DNA of 64,000 nucleotides. It comes from Acidimicrobiales bacterium. Its GTDB lineage: Bacteria > Actinomycetota > Acidimicrobiia > Acidimicrobiales > Bog-793. Within the stretch, counting starts at the first letter, position 1. The number at the start of each line of letters is the position of its first letter. Of this stretch, positions 8,834-18,467 are shown piece after piece. Location: contig JBEKYM010000003.1 in the NCBI GenBank assembly GCA_049510975.1, forward strand, positions 103,011 to 167,010. The letters run 5' to 3'. Both the position numbers and the translations under genes were made by a program. The notes beneath the pieces were generated by a model. The model did not search any database and was not told the origin of the DNA. It saw only the letters and a list, made by a program, of their open reading frames with translations.

Positions 8834-9925
8834 TCAGACGCCGGCCTCGGCGTAGGTGAGCCACTTGCCCTCGTCGAAGTCGTACAGCTTGCACTGACGC
8901 GAGCTGGCGACGAAGTCCTTGAAACGCAGCTTGCTGTCGTGCACGGTGCCCGGGAAGGCCTCCTCGATGGCGGCAGCGGCAGCCTCGAGGTTGTACATCG
9001 GGATGCGCATGTCCACGTGGTGGGGTACGTGCACCATGATCCAGTGCAGGAAGAAGTTGTAGCCGCGGGGCGCCCGCAGGATCGTCGTCCCCTCCATCTG
9101 ACCGCGGAACTTGGTCCACTCCGAACGCTTCCACCAGCGGATGTCCGGCTGGACGTGGTGCACGTGCACGAACGAGCCGATCATGTACTGAAAACCCAGG
9201 AACGGCAGCACGAGCACGCGGGCCACGAGCCAGATCGTGCCGGCGACGGTGCCGGTCATCTCGGCTCCGAGCCAGCTCAGCAAGCCGGCGCTCACGAGCA
9301 AGAAACCCAACACGGCGAAACGGTCCCGTCGCACGAGCCGGGCCCACCGGTGAGGGGGCTTGCCCACGATCATCTTCGACCACCACACCTGGTGCATGTA
9401 GTACAGGCCGGCGCCGGCCCACGACCACTCGATGCGGTGCAGCAACCGAGCCGGACGCGACATGGCGGCGAACTCCTCGGGCGTGACGGGGTGCCAGACG
9501 AAGTCGAAGCCCTGGCGGACGGTGTAGGAGTGGTGGATGCGGTTGTGCCCGAGAATCCACCCCTCGTAGACGTGCAGGCCAGGCAGCATGGCGATGTGAC
9601 CGACGACCGAGTTCATCCGCTTGGTCTTGAACAGTGCTCCGTGGGCCGAGTCGTGGCCGACGATGAACAGCGCGGCCACGAAGATCGAGGCCGCCGCCGC
9701 CAGGGCGAGGGCGCCCGGGACGTTCGGGACGAAGATCAAGGCGGCAACAAGACCCAGGTAGATCACGAGATCTCGGAAGAAGTACGCCATTCCCTTCCAG
9801 GTCGGGTTCTCGTAGACCGACTTGGGCAGGATGTCGAGAACGGGCTTGAGCGACCCACTTCGTGCTGCCGGTGCGTCCGCCTCGTCCGCATCGGGGGCAG
9901 CCTTCGTCATCTCCTGAAGAGTCAC
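8834..9925 (-). CDS. Membrane fatty-acid desaturase family protein
   Basis: Three His boxes: HDSAH, HNRIHH and HVPHH. Confidence 0.85.
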   Translation of the reverse strand: MTLQEMTKAAPDADEADAPAARSGSLKPVLDILPKSVYENPTWKGMAYFFRDLVIYLGLVAALIFVPNVPGALALAAAASIFVAALFIVGHDSAHGALFKTKRMNSVVGHIAMLPGLHVYEGWILGHNRIHHSYTVRQGFDFVWHPVTPEEFAAMSRPARLLHRIEWSWAGAGLYYMHQVWWSKMIVGKPPHRWARLVRRDRFAVLGFLLVSAGLLSWLGAEMTGTVAGTIWLVARVLVLPFLGFQYMIGSFVHVHHVQPDIRWWKRSEWTKFRGQMEGTTILRAPRGYNFFLHWIMVHVPHHVDMRIPMYNLEAAAAAIEEAFPGTVHDSKLRFKDFVASSRQCKLYDFDEGKWLTYAEAGV

Positions 9926-9988
9926 AGAGCCAGCCTACCTACCGGTAGGTAGTTTGTCGAGGCGCCCTCCCGCCGGCTCCGAACCGGG

Positions 9989-10366
9989 CTACTGCCAGGT
10001 GCGGGCGTCGCTCGCGAAGGCCTCGGGGTCCTGCACGCGAACCACGCAGAACAGGACACCGGCCGGGTCCCGCATGACCCACCAGCTCTCGATCTTCTCG
10101 ACTCGCTCGGCGCCGAGGGTCTCGAGGCGCTCGACTTCTGCATCGATGTCGTCAGTCTCGATGTCGAGATGGATGCGTGAAGGTGCGTCCACCCGCTGCA
10201 CCATGAACTGCAGACCCGGGATCGGCTGACCGACGGAGGCGTAGTCGGGGTCCTCGTCGTCGACTTCCGCCTCGACGCCGAAGGCCCCAGACCAGAAGGC
10301 GATCACGGAGCGGTAGTGCTCCTCGGGAACATCGACGAGTGCGGCCGTGAGGCGGCTCCGGTGCAT
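9989..10366 (-). CDS. VOC/glyoxalase-fold protein
   Basis: The coding-looking part starts at ATG 10366 (MHRSRLTAALVDVP...). IHLDIETDDIDAEVERLETLGAE is typical of the glyoxalase-like fold. Confidence 0.6.
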   Translation of the reverse strand: MHRSRLTAALVDVPEEHYRSVIAFWSGAFGVEAEVDDEDPDYASVGQPIPGLQFMVQRVDAPSRIHLDIETDDIDAEVERLETLGAERVEKIESWWVMRDPAGVLFCVVRVQDPEAFASDARTWQ

Positions 10367-10442
10367 GCCCCATACTGCCCGTTTTGACAGCCGTCTGCCG
10401 CGGTCGAGTGGTCGGAGGCGACAACTGCCGCCGGTGACGATG

Positions 10443-11264
10443 TCAGATCGTGTAGGCGAGGTTGCCGGCGAGGTGCTCGGCGAGGGAGACGTCGCCGTCC
10501 AGCAGGAGGTCGCTGCCGAGGTGGCCGGCCGCCTCGACACGCCCGCCGGTGAGACGCAGGAACAGCATTGCTGGCAACGTGATGCCAGCAGTTGGCTCAC
10601 CGTCGAGGCGGTCGACGACCTCGGCGCGCTCACGCACGCGAACGAGGTAGGTGACCTCGACCGAGCCAGTGAGGCGGATGCGGACGCTCGATCCCGAAGG
10701 CATGGCCGCCTTGCGCCCGACGATGTACCCGAGGGCGGTCGCCGTCTCCGCTAAGGCAGAAGCGACGTGGGAGGGCTCGTCCCGATCTGCCAGCCCGAGA
10801 GCTTGACGGATGTCGTGCTCGTGGAGGAAGCAGTCGTAGTGGCGGATGCGCATGAAGCGCCCGTAGGTCTCGTCGCGCCCGACCGGAGTCCAGGACGGCT
10901 CGTCGAAGTCGGCTTGGGTCATGGCTGACAGCGCCGCCAGCCGCTCGCCGGTGACGGCCTCGAAGCCGGCGAGCACGTCCGCGCCCGAGCGTGCCCGGTT
11001 CGCCTCCACCCAGAGCTCGTTGGCGCGCCCGACATCGTTGCGCACATAGGGCTCATCGGGAACCTCGACCGGCGGCGGCGGCTCGCCGGCGAGCATCTGC
11101 TCGGTGCCGGCGAGGTGACTGAGCTGGTCCTTCACGGTCCATCCGGGCAGGCACGTCGCCGTCGCCCAAGCCTGCTCGTCGAAGCTGCGGCACATCTGGG
11201 AGAGGGCGGCGAACTCCTCGGTGAGCAGTCCCACCATGGCGTCCCGATCGACGATGGTCGCCAT
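10443..11264 (-). CDS. Mycothiol-dependent maleylpyruvate-isomerase-like (DinB/MDMPI_N, TIGR03083-type) protein
   Basis: N-terminal ...WATATCLPGWTVKDQLSHLAG... signature of the MDMPI family. Confidence 0.75.
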   Translation of the reverse strand: MATIVDRDAMVGLLTEEFAALSQMCRSFDEQAWATATCLPGWTVKDQLSHLAGTEQMLAGEPPPPVEVPDEPYVRNDVGRANELWVEANRARSGADVLAGFEAVTGERLAALSAMTQADFDEPSWTPVGRDETYGRFMRIRHYDCFLHEHDIRQALGLADRDEPSHVASALAETATALGYIVGRKAAMPSGSSVRIRLTGSVEVTYLVRVRERAEVVDRLDGEPTAGITLPAMLFLRLTGGRVEAAGHLGSDLLLDGDVSLAEHLAGNLAYTI

Positions 11265-11265
11265 G

Positions 11266-11964
11266 TCAGAGTGCCTCCTTCTGCACCGTCTCCCAGTCGC
11301 GAGCCTCGAGGTACGGGCGGAACGTGCTGGCGATGGCCTCGATGTCGTGGCCCTGCTTGGGGCGCTTCAGCTCATAGAGATGGGGGAACTCCAGCCACGA
11401 CACGAGGCCGTTCCACAGGCGCACGGCGGCCTCGCCGGCGGGCGGGTCGATGAGCACCGGCCCGAAGAGCGCCTGCCCGTCGTCGAAGAACAGCGTCGGC
11501 ACACCGAAGGCGCCGACTGCCGTCACCCGCTCGTGATCGGCGAGCACCTCGTCGTTCGTTGTCGGGTCCTCGATCGCCTGCTGCACGATGCCCGGATCGA
11601 GGCCGAGCTCGGCGAGGAGCGCCTCGGCGACTTCGGGCCGATGGGGCTTGCGCCCGTCCACGTGCAGCGCCGTACCGGCAGCGAAGTACCAGCGGTCGAG
11701 CAGGCTCATGTCCATGCGACGCAGCACGGCGCCGATGCGCATCATGGACCAGCCGTAGGACCAGGGCCGTTCCCAGGGGTGTTTCTTGCCTTCGGCGCGG
11801 TTGATCTCCTCGAGGCTGAAGAACTTCCAGCGGACTTCGAGGCCGGTGCGGTCACGGACCTCCCGCATCCACAGGGAGGTCTGGTACGCCCAGGGGCACA
11901 TGACGTCGAAGTGGAAGTCGACAGCGGTCGGGGCCGGAGGCGGCTCGGTCGTCACGCTCGTCAT
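11266..11964 (-). CDS. DsbA/HCCA-isomerase-like thioredoxin-fold oxidoreductase (single-Cys CPWA motif)
   Basis: [14 protein letters not shown] and [10 protein letters not shown] motifs. The ATG at 11964 overlaps the upstream stop (ATGA). Confidence 0.75.
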   Translation of the reverse strand: MTSVTTEPPPAPTAVDFHFDVMCPWAYQTSLWMREVRDRTGLEVRWKFFSLEEINRAEGKKHPWERPWSYGWSMMRIGAVLRRMDMSLLDRWYFAAGTALHVDGRKPHRPEVAEALLAELGLDPGIVQQAIEDPTTNDEVLADHERVTAVGAFGVPTLFFDDGQALFGPVLIDPPAGEAAVRLWNGLVSWLEFPHLYELKRPKQGHDIEAIASTFRPYLEARDWETVQKEAL

Positions 11965-12527
11965 GATGTCATCCCGCCGAGGCCGACGAGCCCCCGGGCG
12001 AGCTCGATCTCGCCCATGTGGCGCAAGCCGTGCTGGTAGATCCAGCACTCGGCTGCGTCGAGGAGCGTGATGCCGTCCGGGCCGGCGACGCGAGCGCTGT
12101 AGGTGCTGGCGATCTGGGGCGGGAAGGGGCGGGGAACGACGAGCCGATCGAGCTCGGACGGATCGAGGGCGCCCAGCCACGTTTCGGTACGCCCGAAGAC
12201 CGCCCGCTGATAGGCCTTGAACTCGTCGTAGTCGCCGATGCGCTGATGCACCATCTCCTCGACGCTGCGGTGCTTGCCGTGATCGGCGATCGCCATCCCG
12301 ACACGCTCCTGCCACGAAGCGTCCCAGATCGGAGCCACGCCGGTCATGAGCAGGAAAGCAGCGTCGATCATGTTGGTGATGTGGAACAACGAGAAGGCGA
12401 TGGGCACGACACCCTCGCGCTCGAAGTGGTTGACCTGCTCGATGTCCATCGTCTCGACGGCGTCGAAGTAGAGCGAGTGCATGGCGCCCATGCGGCGCTG
12501 GAGTGAGTCCAGGATCAGCTCGCTCAT
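11961..12527 (-). CDS. DinB-family (DinB_2) four-helix-bundle protein
   Basis: His-containing helices ([23 protein letters not shown]) typical of the DinB superfamily. Confidence 0.65.
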   Translation of the reverse strand: MSELILDSLQRRMGAMHSLYFDAVETMDIEQVNHFEREGVVPIAFSLFHITNMIDAAFLLMTGVAPIWDASWQERVGMAIADHGKHRSVEEMVHQRIGDYDEFKAYQRAVFGRTETWLGALDPSELDRLVVPRPFPPQIASTYSARVAGPDGITLLDAAECWIYQHGLRHMGEIELARGLVGLGGMTS

Positions 12528-12605
12528 CGGCTCGACCTCCAGTCAGCTCGCCACCGCCCTCGGCGGCACGGCTTTCGGCACGTGCCCTGACACTAGTGGG
12601 GAGTG

Positions 12606-13097
12606 TCAGTACCAGCCGTAGTTCATCTCGTGTGCCCAGGCCGCGACCGGTGTGCCGTAGCGAGCATGGATGTAGCGCTCCCCCGCCGTGCACTGGTACC
12701 AGCCCGCCGGCTCGGTCGGAGACCCACTCCAGTACTCGTCGAACTTCACGCCCTCGTCGTAGATCAAGGGAGAGTCCATCTGGAACCACCCGTACTGCCC
12801 GACGTTCTCGGCGTGGTACTCGAACGTGCTCTCGTAACAGATGATGCGGGCGATGTCGATCCGGTACTCGAGGTCGCTCCAGTACGTGCTCGGAATGTCC
12901 TTGTGCATGCTCGTGGCCCCGTCGATGCGAGCCCAGATGTAGGACGGGGCGGACTTGACGGCCTGGCTGTCGCACCAATCCCAGTGCGAGTTCGCCTCCG
13001 GACGGGCCGCAGCGGCTGCCGCCGAGGCCGGTCGGGCGAGAACCACTGGCAGTGATAATGACACTACTGTGACCAATCCGAGCATGACTCGGCCCAT
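12606..13097 (-). CDS. Secreted protein with lysozyme/SLT-like catalytic signature
   Basis: Signal peptide [48 protein letters not shown] resembles the E-S...G-x-x-Q transglycosylase motif. Confidence 0.45.
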   Translation of the reverse strand: MGRVMLGLVTVVSLSLPVVLARPASAAAAAARPEANSHWDWCDSQAVKSAPSYIWARIDGATSMHKDIPSTYWSDLEYRIDIARIICYESTFEYHAENVGQYGWFQMDSPLIYDEGVKFDEYWSGSPTEPAGWYQCTAGERYIHARYGTPVAAWAHEMNYGWY

Positions 13098-13254
13098 GAC
13101 AGAACGATGACTTCGCAACGCGTGACCTCCGGAGCGGCATCCAACCGGCGAAGCCCTCGTCCGGTCCGACCCGCAGGTCAGAGCGTCGGCTTCGCGAGAA
13201 TGCTCAGCAACAGTCCGTGACCGCGGCGCGCTTTGGGCAACCGCGAAGGCGCCC

Positions 13255-13284
13255 ATACTGAACGAGCCTGATCGCCAGAGTCAA
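13255..13284 (-). promoter_or_regulatory. Candidate sigma-70-type promoter for the SLT-like gene
   Basis: On the gene strand: TTGACT, 18 nt, CAGTAT. A ~150-nt leader follows, containing the stem GCGAAGCC ... GGCTTCGC. Confidence 0.3.
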
Positions 13285-13388
13285 GTCCTGCAACGAGATC
13301 TTCACGTTTCGAGCTCGTGTCGCCGCACTGCTGCAACACGATCTCGGTGACGGTCAGGCGCCAGAACCGGACGGCGGCCGTCGTTTCG

Positions 13389-15101
13389 TCACGGCTCGTC
13401 AGCGTCGGCCGACGACGCCGGCTGGCGACTCGGCAGCACGAGCAGCACGACGACGGCCGCCGTGGCCACGACGGCTGTGCCGGCGGTCATGGCGAGGTCC
13501 AGGCCGCTCACGAAGGCACCTCGAGCGAACACGCTGAGACCGTGGCCGAGTGCCCCTCCGACGCCGTGGGCCACGCCGAGAGCGCCCCCGAGCGAGCCGG
13601 TGATCAGGTGGCGGATCGGTGCCGGGATGGGGTAGTGGGAGAGCACCGGAGCGAGCCGGCTCTGGTAGCGGGTGTTGAGGAGGCTCCCGAGCACGGCCAC
13701 GCCGAGAGCGCCGCCGATCTGCAGCGCCGCGCTGTTGGTGGCCGAGCCCACACCCGCCTGGTCACGGGGCAGCGACCCCATCACGGACTCGGTGCAGGGC
13801 GCAAACGCCAGGCCGGAGCCGGCGCCCATGAGGAAGAAGGCCGGGAGCGCCTCGAGGTACGTCCCGCCGACCGTCACCCGAGAGAGCAGGCCGAGACCGA
13901 TGGCGATGAGCACCATCCCGGCACACACGACGACTTTGGTCCCGACGCGGCGAGCTGCTGCGATCGACAGCGGGGCGCACACGAGCACGACGACGGCGAT
14001 GGGAGCGATCCGCAGCCCGGTCTCGAGTGGGCTGTAGCCCAGTGAGAACTGCAGGTACTGGGTGAGGAGGAACAACCCGCCCATGAGGGCGAAGATCACG
14101 AGCCCGAGGGCACCCATGGCCGCCGAGAACCTCCGCGAGGAGAAGAACGAGAGCTCCAGCATCGGATGGCTCGAGTGGCGCTCCCAGGCGATGAACGCCG
14201 CGAGCACGACGACGGCCGCTGCCGTCGCACCGAGGAAGCTGACCGAGGTCCAGCCGTAGGTCGGGGCCTCGATGAGCCCCCAGAGCAGGAGCCCCATACC
14301 GGCGACCGAGAGGGCGGCACCGACGGGGTCGGGTGGCTTGCTGTCGGGGTTCTTCGAATTGGGGACGAGCGCGAGCGCGAGCACGAGCCCGACGAGAGCG
14401 ATCGGAACGTTCACGAGGAACACCGACCCCCACCAGTAGTGAGCGAGCAGCCAGCCGCCGGCCACGGGACCGATGGCGATACCGAGACCCGACGTGCCCG
14501 ACCAGATGCCGATGGCCCGAGCGCGGTCGCCGTCGCTTTGGAAGACGTTGGTGAGGATCGAGAGGGTCGACGGCATGATGGCGGCGGCGCCCACGCCCAT
14601 GAAGGCACGGGCGGCGATGAGGTGGTCGGGCGTCCCCGAGAAGGCGGCCGTGGCCGATCCGACGGCAAAGAGCCCAAGTCCTGCCACGAAGATCCACTTG
14701 CGGCCGAGGCGGTCTCCAAGGCTTCCGGCGACGAGCAGGAGACCGGCGAAGACCACGGCGTAGGCGTCCACGATCCACTGGAGTTGGCTGGACGTTGCGT
14801 GCATCGACCGGACCATGACCGGCAGGGCGACGTTCAAGATGGTGTTGTCGAGGCTGACCACGAGCAGGCTCACGCAGAGCACGGCGAGGATCAGCCGACG
14901 GTGGCTCTCACGCCGGCGCCCTTGGCGGCCGAGCCCGTCGGGCTGGACCGCCGGCGTCGTGGGTGGACGGGCTTCGCCGGCACTGCCGGCCATAGCGGCA
15001 GGGCCGGCCGCACTGCCGGCCGTGGCGGCGCCGACGGCGGCTTCGCCGGGCGTCGAACCGCCAGTCGTCGAACCGCCAGTCGTCATCGGCGCCTTCACCA
15101 T
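13389..15101 (-). CDS. MFS transporter, DHA2 (EmrB/QacA-like, 14-helix) drug:H+ antiporter family
   Basis: LDNTILNVALP and GSLGDRLGRK motifs, with many hydrophobic helices. Confidence 0.85.
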   Translation of the reverse strand: MVKAPMTTGGSTTGGSTPGEAAVGAATAGSAAGPAAMAGSAGEARPPTTPAVQPDGLGRQGRRRESHRRLILAVLCVSLLVVSLDNTILNVALPVMVRSMHATSSQLQWIVDAYAVVFAGLLLVAGSLGDRLGRKWIFVAGLGLFAVGSATAAFSGTPDHLIAARAFMGVGAAAIMPSTLSILTNVFQSDGDRARAIGIWSGTSGLGIAIGPVAGGWLLAHYWWGSVFLVNVPIALVGLVLALALVPNSKNPDSKPPDPVGAALSVAGMGLLLWGLIEAPTYGWTSVSFLGATAAAVVVLAAFIAWERHSSHPMLELSFFSSRRFSAAMGALGLVIFALMGGLFLLTQYLQFSLGYSPLETGLRIAPIAVVVLVCAPLSIAAARRVGTKVVVCAGMVLIAIGLGLLSRVTVGGTYLEALPAFFLMGAGSGLAFAPCTESVMGSLPRDQAGVGSATNSAALQIGGALGVAVLGSLLNTRYQSRLAPVLSHYPIPAPIRHLITGSLGGALGVAHGVGGALGHGLSVFARGAFVSGLDLAMTAGTAVVATAAVVVLLVLPSRQPASSADADEP

Positions 15102-15366
15102 GGCATGCCTCGCTGAGTCGTGCCCTCAGCATCCGCCCTTACCGGAGGCCTGTCCAGGGGAGAAAGTCCCTCCCGCCGGCCGCACTCGACCGATCGCAAA
15201 CCGGCGAAAATGCTGTCGCCGCGGCGTGGCTCCTGACGGTCGGAAACCCGCTTCGACCGGCACCGCAGGGGCTGCGGATCTCCACATCAACCACATCACT
15301 CACAGTGGTCACACAACCACTAAAAGTGACTTAAGTCCACCGAATGCCCGACCGATATACCCGCCC

Positions 15367-17205
15367 ATGAGCGCACTGGTCGGCAGGCGGACGGCCGGGA
15401 CGCCGTCCGAGGAATTCTTCGTACGGCACACCGAAGAACCGCGGAGATGGTCAAGACGGTTCGCCCGGTCGCGGCTCGTCGCCGCCGGGGTGGTGACCGT
15501 GTCGGCTCTGGCGCTGGCGCTCCCGAACGCGGGAGCGACGAACTCCGGGCCGTCGGCCTACTACGGCCAGTTCAGCAACGGCCTCCCCAGCTCTCCCAGC
15601 TTCTTTCCCATCGGGGTGTGGTTCCAGAACCCGAGCGGGGGCAACGTGCCGGCGCCCTACACCGACCAGGCGCAGGCCTTCAAGGCGATGGGCATGAACG
15701 TCTTCATCGGCATCAGCCAGGAGAACGGCCTGGCCTGGCCCGAGAGCTACGGAAGCGATGAGGGCGAGATGGCCGCAGCCGCTTCCGCCGGCATGTACGT
15801 GATCGGCGGCGGCGACCCCAGCTGCTCGGCATCGAACACCGGCAGCGACCCGTGTGACACCGATCATGCCTCGGTCGATTCCGTGCAGAAGCTGCTTGCC
15901 TCCCTGCCGTCCGGCGACGCCAAGTACTTCGCCGGCTACGAGTGGATCGACGAGCCGGCTTGCAACGTGAGCATCCCTGATCAGGTTGCCTCCGTCAGTT
16001 CCGAGGACCCGACGCGCATGACCTATGCGAACGAGGGCGCCTGGGTGGCCGATCTCCCCAACGACGACATCGGCCCACCCCCGGGCTCCGGCCTCACGGG
16101 CGCCCAGTGCCTGGCCGACGCCGAAACGAACCTCGTCGGTCCCTCGATCGCCTCGAGCGACGACTACGCCATCACGGACCCCTGGCACACGGCGACGTGC
16201 GCCGGCGGGAACTGCATCTACCTCTACGGCGACTCAGCTGCCAACATGCGAGGCCTCGCCGGCCCGAACAAGCCGGTCTGGGCCTACATCGAGTCGGGCA
16301 CCGATGATCTCGGTCTCAGCACTCAAAACGGCGCCTGCAACTGGACCACGAACCTCTGCGCCAGCGGTAACGAGGCGGCTGCGACTCCGGTGCAGGTGAA
16401 CTCGGCCGCGTGGGACTCCATCATCGGCGGAGCCAACGGGCTCGAGTGGTTCTGCGACGCCGCCGACCTCGGGTCGTCGGGCACCGTCAACTCGGGCGTG
16501 ACGGCCTACGACGCCTGTGCCGGCGGCGGCGGTGACGGCAACCCGGCCAACTACGGGTCGACCGTCATCCCGGCGAACCTGACGTACATCGACAACACCG
16601 TCGAGTCGTACGCCCCCGAGCTGAACTCCCCCAACGTCGACGGCATGTCCGTTGCCAGCTCGAACTCCTCGGTCCCGGTCGTCGACATGCTCAAGCAGGT
16701 CAACGGCGTGGACTATCTCTTCGTCGAGAGCGACCGGGACGGCAGCACGACGGCCACCTTCACCGATCCGAGCCTCGCCGGGCTCACCGCAACCGAGGTG
16801 TACGACTCGGCCAACCGCTATGACGCGGCGAACTCCGAGCAGAACCAGACGTTCTCGATCTCGGGCGCGGGCAGCTTCAGCGACTCGCTCGGGACGTCGG
16901 CCAACCCCTACCAGGTGAAGATCTACACGATCTCCGGGTCCGGCCCGACCACGACGACGACGGTTCCGACCACCACCACGACCGTCCCGTCGACCACGAC
17001 CACGACGGTGCCGACGACCACGACGACCGTGCCGTCGACAACGACCACCACGACGACGGTGCCCACGACGACGACCACGATCCCCACCTCGCCGAAGCTC
17101 GGAGTCGGGCCGCCCAAGCACCGGCGCCATCACGGCCGCTGGTGGTGGATCGAGCATCTCGTCATTCCCACCGTGGGGCCGTCTGAGCTGAGCGGCATCG
17201 GCTGA
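15367..17205 (+). CDS. Secreted glycoside-hydrolase-like protein with C-terminal Thr/Pro-rich linker
   Basis: ATG at 15367. Arg-rich signal (RRWSRRFARSRLVAAGVVTVSALALALPNAGA). FFPIGVWFQ ... MNVFIG is TIM-barrel-like. Function is uncertain. Confidence 0.55.
   Translation: MSALVGRRTAGTPSEEFFVRHTEEPRRWSRRFARSRLVAAGVVTVSALALALPNAGATNSGPSAYYGQFSNGLPSSPSFFPIGVWFQNPSGGNVPAPYTDQAQAFKAMGMNVFIGISQENGLAWPESYGSDEGEMAAAASAGMYVIGGGDPSCSASNTGSDPCDTDHASVDSVQKLLASLPSGDAKYFAGYEWIDEPACNVSIPDQVASVSSEDPTRMTYANEGAWVADLPNDDIGPPPGSGLTGAQCLADAETNLVGPSIASSDDYAITDPWHTATCAGGNCIYLYGDSAANMRGLAGPNKPVWAYIESGTDDLGLSTQNGACNWTTNLCASGNEAAATPVQVNSAAWDSIIGGANGLEWFCDAADLGSSGTVNSGVTAYDACAGGGGDGNPANYGSTVIPANLTYIDNTVESYAPELNSPNVDGMSVASSNSSVPVVDMLKQVNGVDYLFVESDRDGSTTATFTDPSLAGLTATEVYDSANRYDAANSEQNQTFSISGAGSFSDSLGTSANPYQVKIYTISGSGPTTTTTVPTTTTTVPSTTTTTVPTTTTTVPSTTTTTTTVPTTTTTIPTSPKLGVGPPKHRRHHGRWWWIEHLVIPTVGPSELSGIG
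16945..17088 (+). repeat. In-frame Thr-rich low-complexity repeat (T4-5 V P units)
   Basis: PTTTTTVPTTTTTVPSTTTTTVPTTTTTVPSTTTTTTTVPTTTTTIPT, encoded by ACG/ACC runs. Confidence 0.9.
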
Positions 17206-17233
17206 GCCAGCGGGGTCATCGGCACTCGCGCTG

Positions 17234-17911
17234 TTGGGCGAGACTGGGCCGATGTCGCCCATCTCGGACTGCTGGCCGCTGTTCCAGTTGATCCTCCGGA
17301 CCGAACATCACGGCTTGGAGCTCCGGCCGCTGACCGAGGCAGACGCTCCTGAACTGGCAGCCATCGTGCCCGGCGACGCCGAGCCGGACCCAGCCCTGCC
17401 GACCCTCGATCTCGATGGCCAAGCAGCCATACGGGGAGCAAAGCTCCTGCAGTCGTACTGGACCTCCATGGGGAATTGGCGACCGGAGGCGTGGCGGGTG
17501 GGTTTTGTCGTGCGTCGCGCCGGAGTCTGCATCGGCGTGCAGGAGCTCGAAGCCGACCGCTTCCCGCAACGGCGCACCGTCGAAACGAGCTCCTGGCTCG
17601 GTATGTCTTGGCGGGGACTCGGGATCGGCAAGGCGATGCGGGCTGCCGTGCTCGCCCTCGCCTTCGACGGGCTCGGCGCCATCGTCGCCGAGACCGAGGC
17701 GCTCGATGACAACCGCGCCTCGCTCGGCGTCTCGGCGTCGCTCGGCTATGAGCCGAACGGCGAAACCGTCCACGACCACAACGGGACGCACGCTCGCATG
17801 CTGCGAATGCGACTTTCCCAAGCCAGATGGGCGGTTTCGGTGAAGCCGGACTGGCCGTGCCGCATCGAGGGACTCGAGGCGGCGGCGCCCATGTTCGGGC
17901 TGGATCCTTGA
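17234..17911 (+). CDS. GNAT N-acetyltransferase (RimJ/RimL-like)
   Basis: LRPLTEADAPEL ... WRGLGIGKAMRAAVLALAF ... NRASLGVSASLGY. Confidence 0.8.
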   Translation: MGETGPMSPISDCWPLFQLILRTEHHGLELRPLTEADAPELAAIVPGDAEPDPALPTLDLDGQAAIRGAKLLQSYWTSMGNWRPEAWRVGFVVRRAGVCIGVQELEADRFPQRRTVETSSWLGMSWRGLGIGKAMRAAVLALAFDGLGAIVAETEALDDNRASLGVSASLGYEPNGETVHDHNGTHARMLRMRLSQARWAVSVKPDWPCRIEGLEAAAPMFGLDP

Positions 17912-17965
17912 TCGGCGTCCTCGCCGAGGCCCTTCCGGCGGCGGGGCACACACGGATCTGACAAA

Positions 17966-18448
17966 GTGTCGATCGTGGCACGACCCTCGATCTTCGAGTT
18001 CGCCGGCGGCGAGCCGGCGTTCCTGGCACTTGCAACCGCCCACCATGAACGGTGCCTGGCCGACCCGGAGCTGAATCACCCGTTCTCACACCCCGGGCAT
18101 CCGCAGCACGTCGAGCGGTTGGCCAGTTACTGGGCGGAGGTGTTCGGCGGTCCGGCCCGTTTCTCGGAGTCCTGTGGCGGCCACTCGGCGATGCTCGACA
18201 TCCATGCGGGCCAGGGCGCAGAGGCCGACCTCGGCGATCGCTTCGTGGCGTGCTTCGTGCAGGCGGCCGACGACGCCGGTCTCCCGGAGGATCCGGACTT
18301 CCGCCGCTGCCTCCGCTCCTACATGGAGTGGGCCGTGAACGATGTCCTCTCCTACTCGCCCCGCGGTTCGGCGGTGCCGACGGACCTGGCCACGCCCAGA
18401 TGGTCCTGGGACGGGCTGGAGCCGGCTGCAAGCGCCGAGGACGCCTGA
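17966..18448 (+). CDS. Group II truncated-hemoglobin-like globin
   Basis: FEFAGGEPAFLALATAHHERCLADPEL ... YWAEVFGGP ... MLDIHAG, consistent with a trHbO-type fold. Confidence 0.7.
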   Translation: MSIVARPSIFEFAGGEPAFLALATAHHERCLADPELNHPFSHPGHPQHVERLASYWAEVFGGPARFSESCGGHSAMLDIHAGQGAEADLGDRFVACFVQAADDAGLPEDPDFRRCLRSYMEWAVNDVLSYSPRGSAVPTDLATPRWSWDGLEPAASAEDA

Positions 18449-18467
18449 GCGCTCGGCGGCGTCCGGC

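Noticed and set aside
11266-13140. 624-aa ORF read as a single gene.
   Set aside because: Only the last 232 codons (DsbA-like, from the ATG at 11964) are coding. The rest overlaps the DinB and SLT-like genes out of frame.
14815-15366. Upstream 184-codon extension of the Thr-rich secreted protein ORF.
   Set aside because: It would overlap the DHA2 transporter start and cross the A+T-richer promoter region. The signal-peptide-like segment follows the ATG at 15367.
16945-17088. CRISPR-like or other non-coding repeat arrays. This covers the Thr-codon repeat here and the 15-bp repeats at 30642, 45730 and 57544.
   Set aside because: All are in frame inside genes, are contiguous without spacers, and encode low-complexity peptides.
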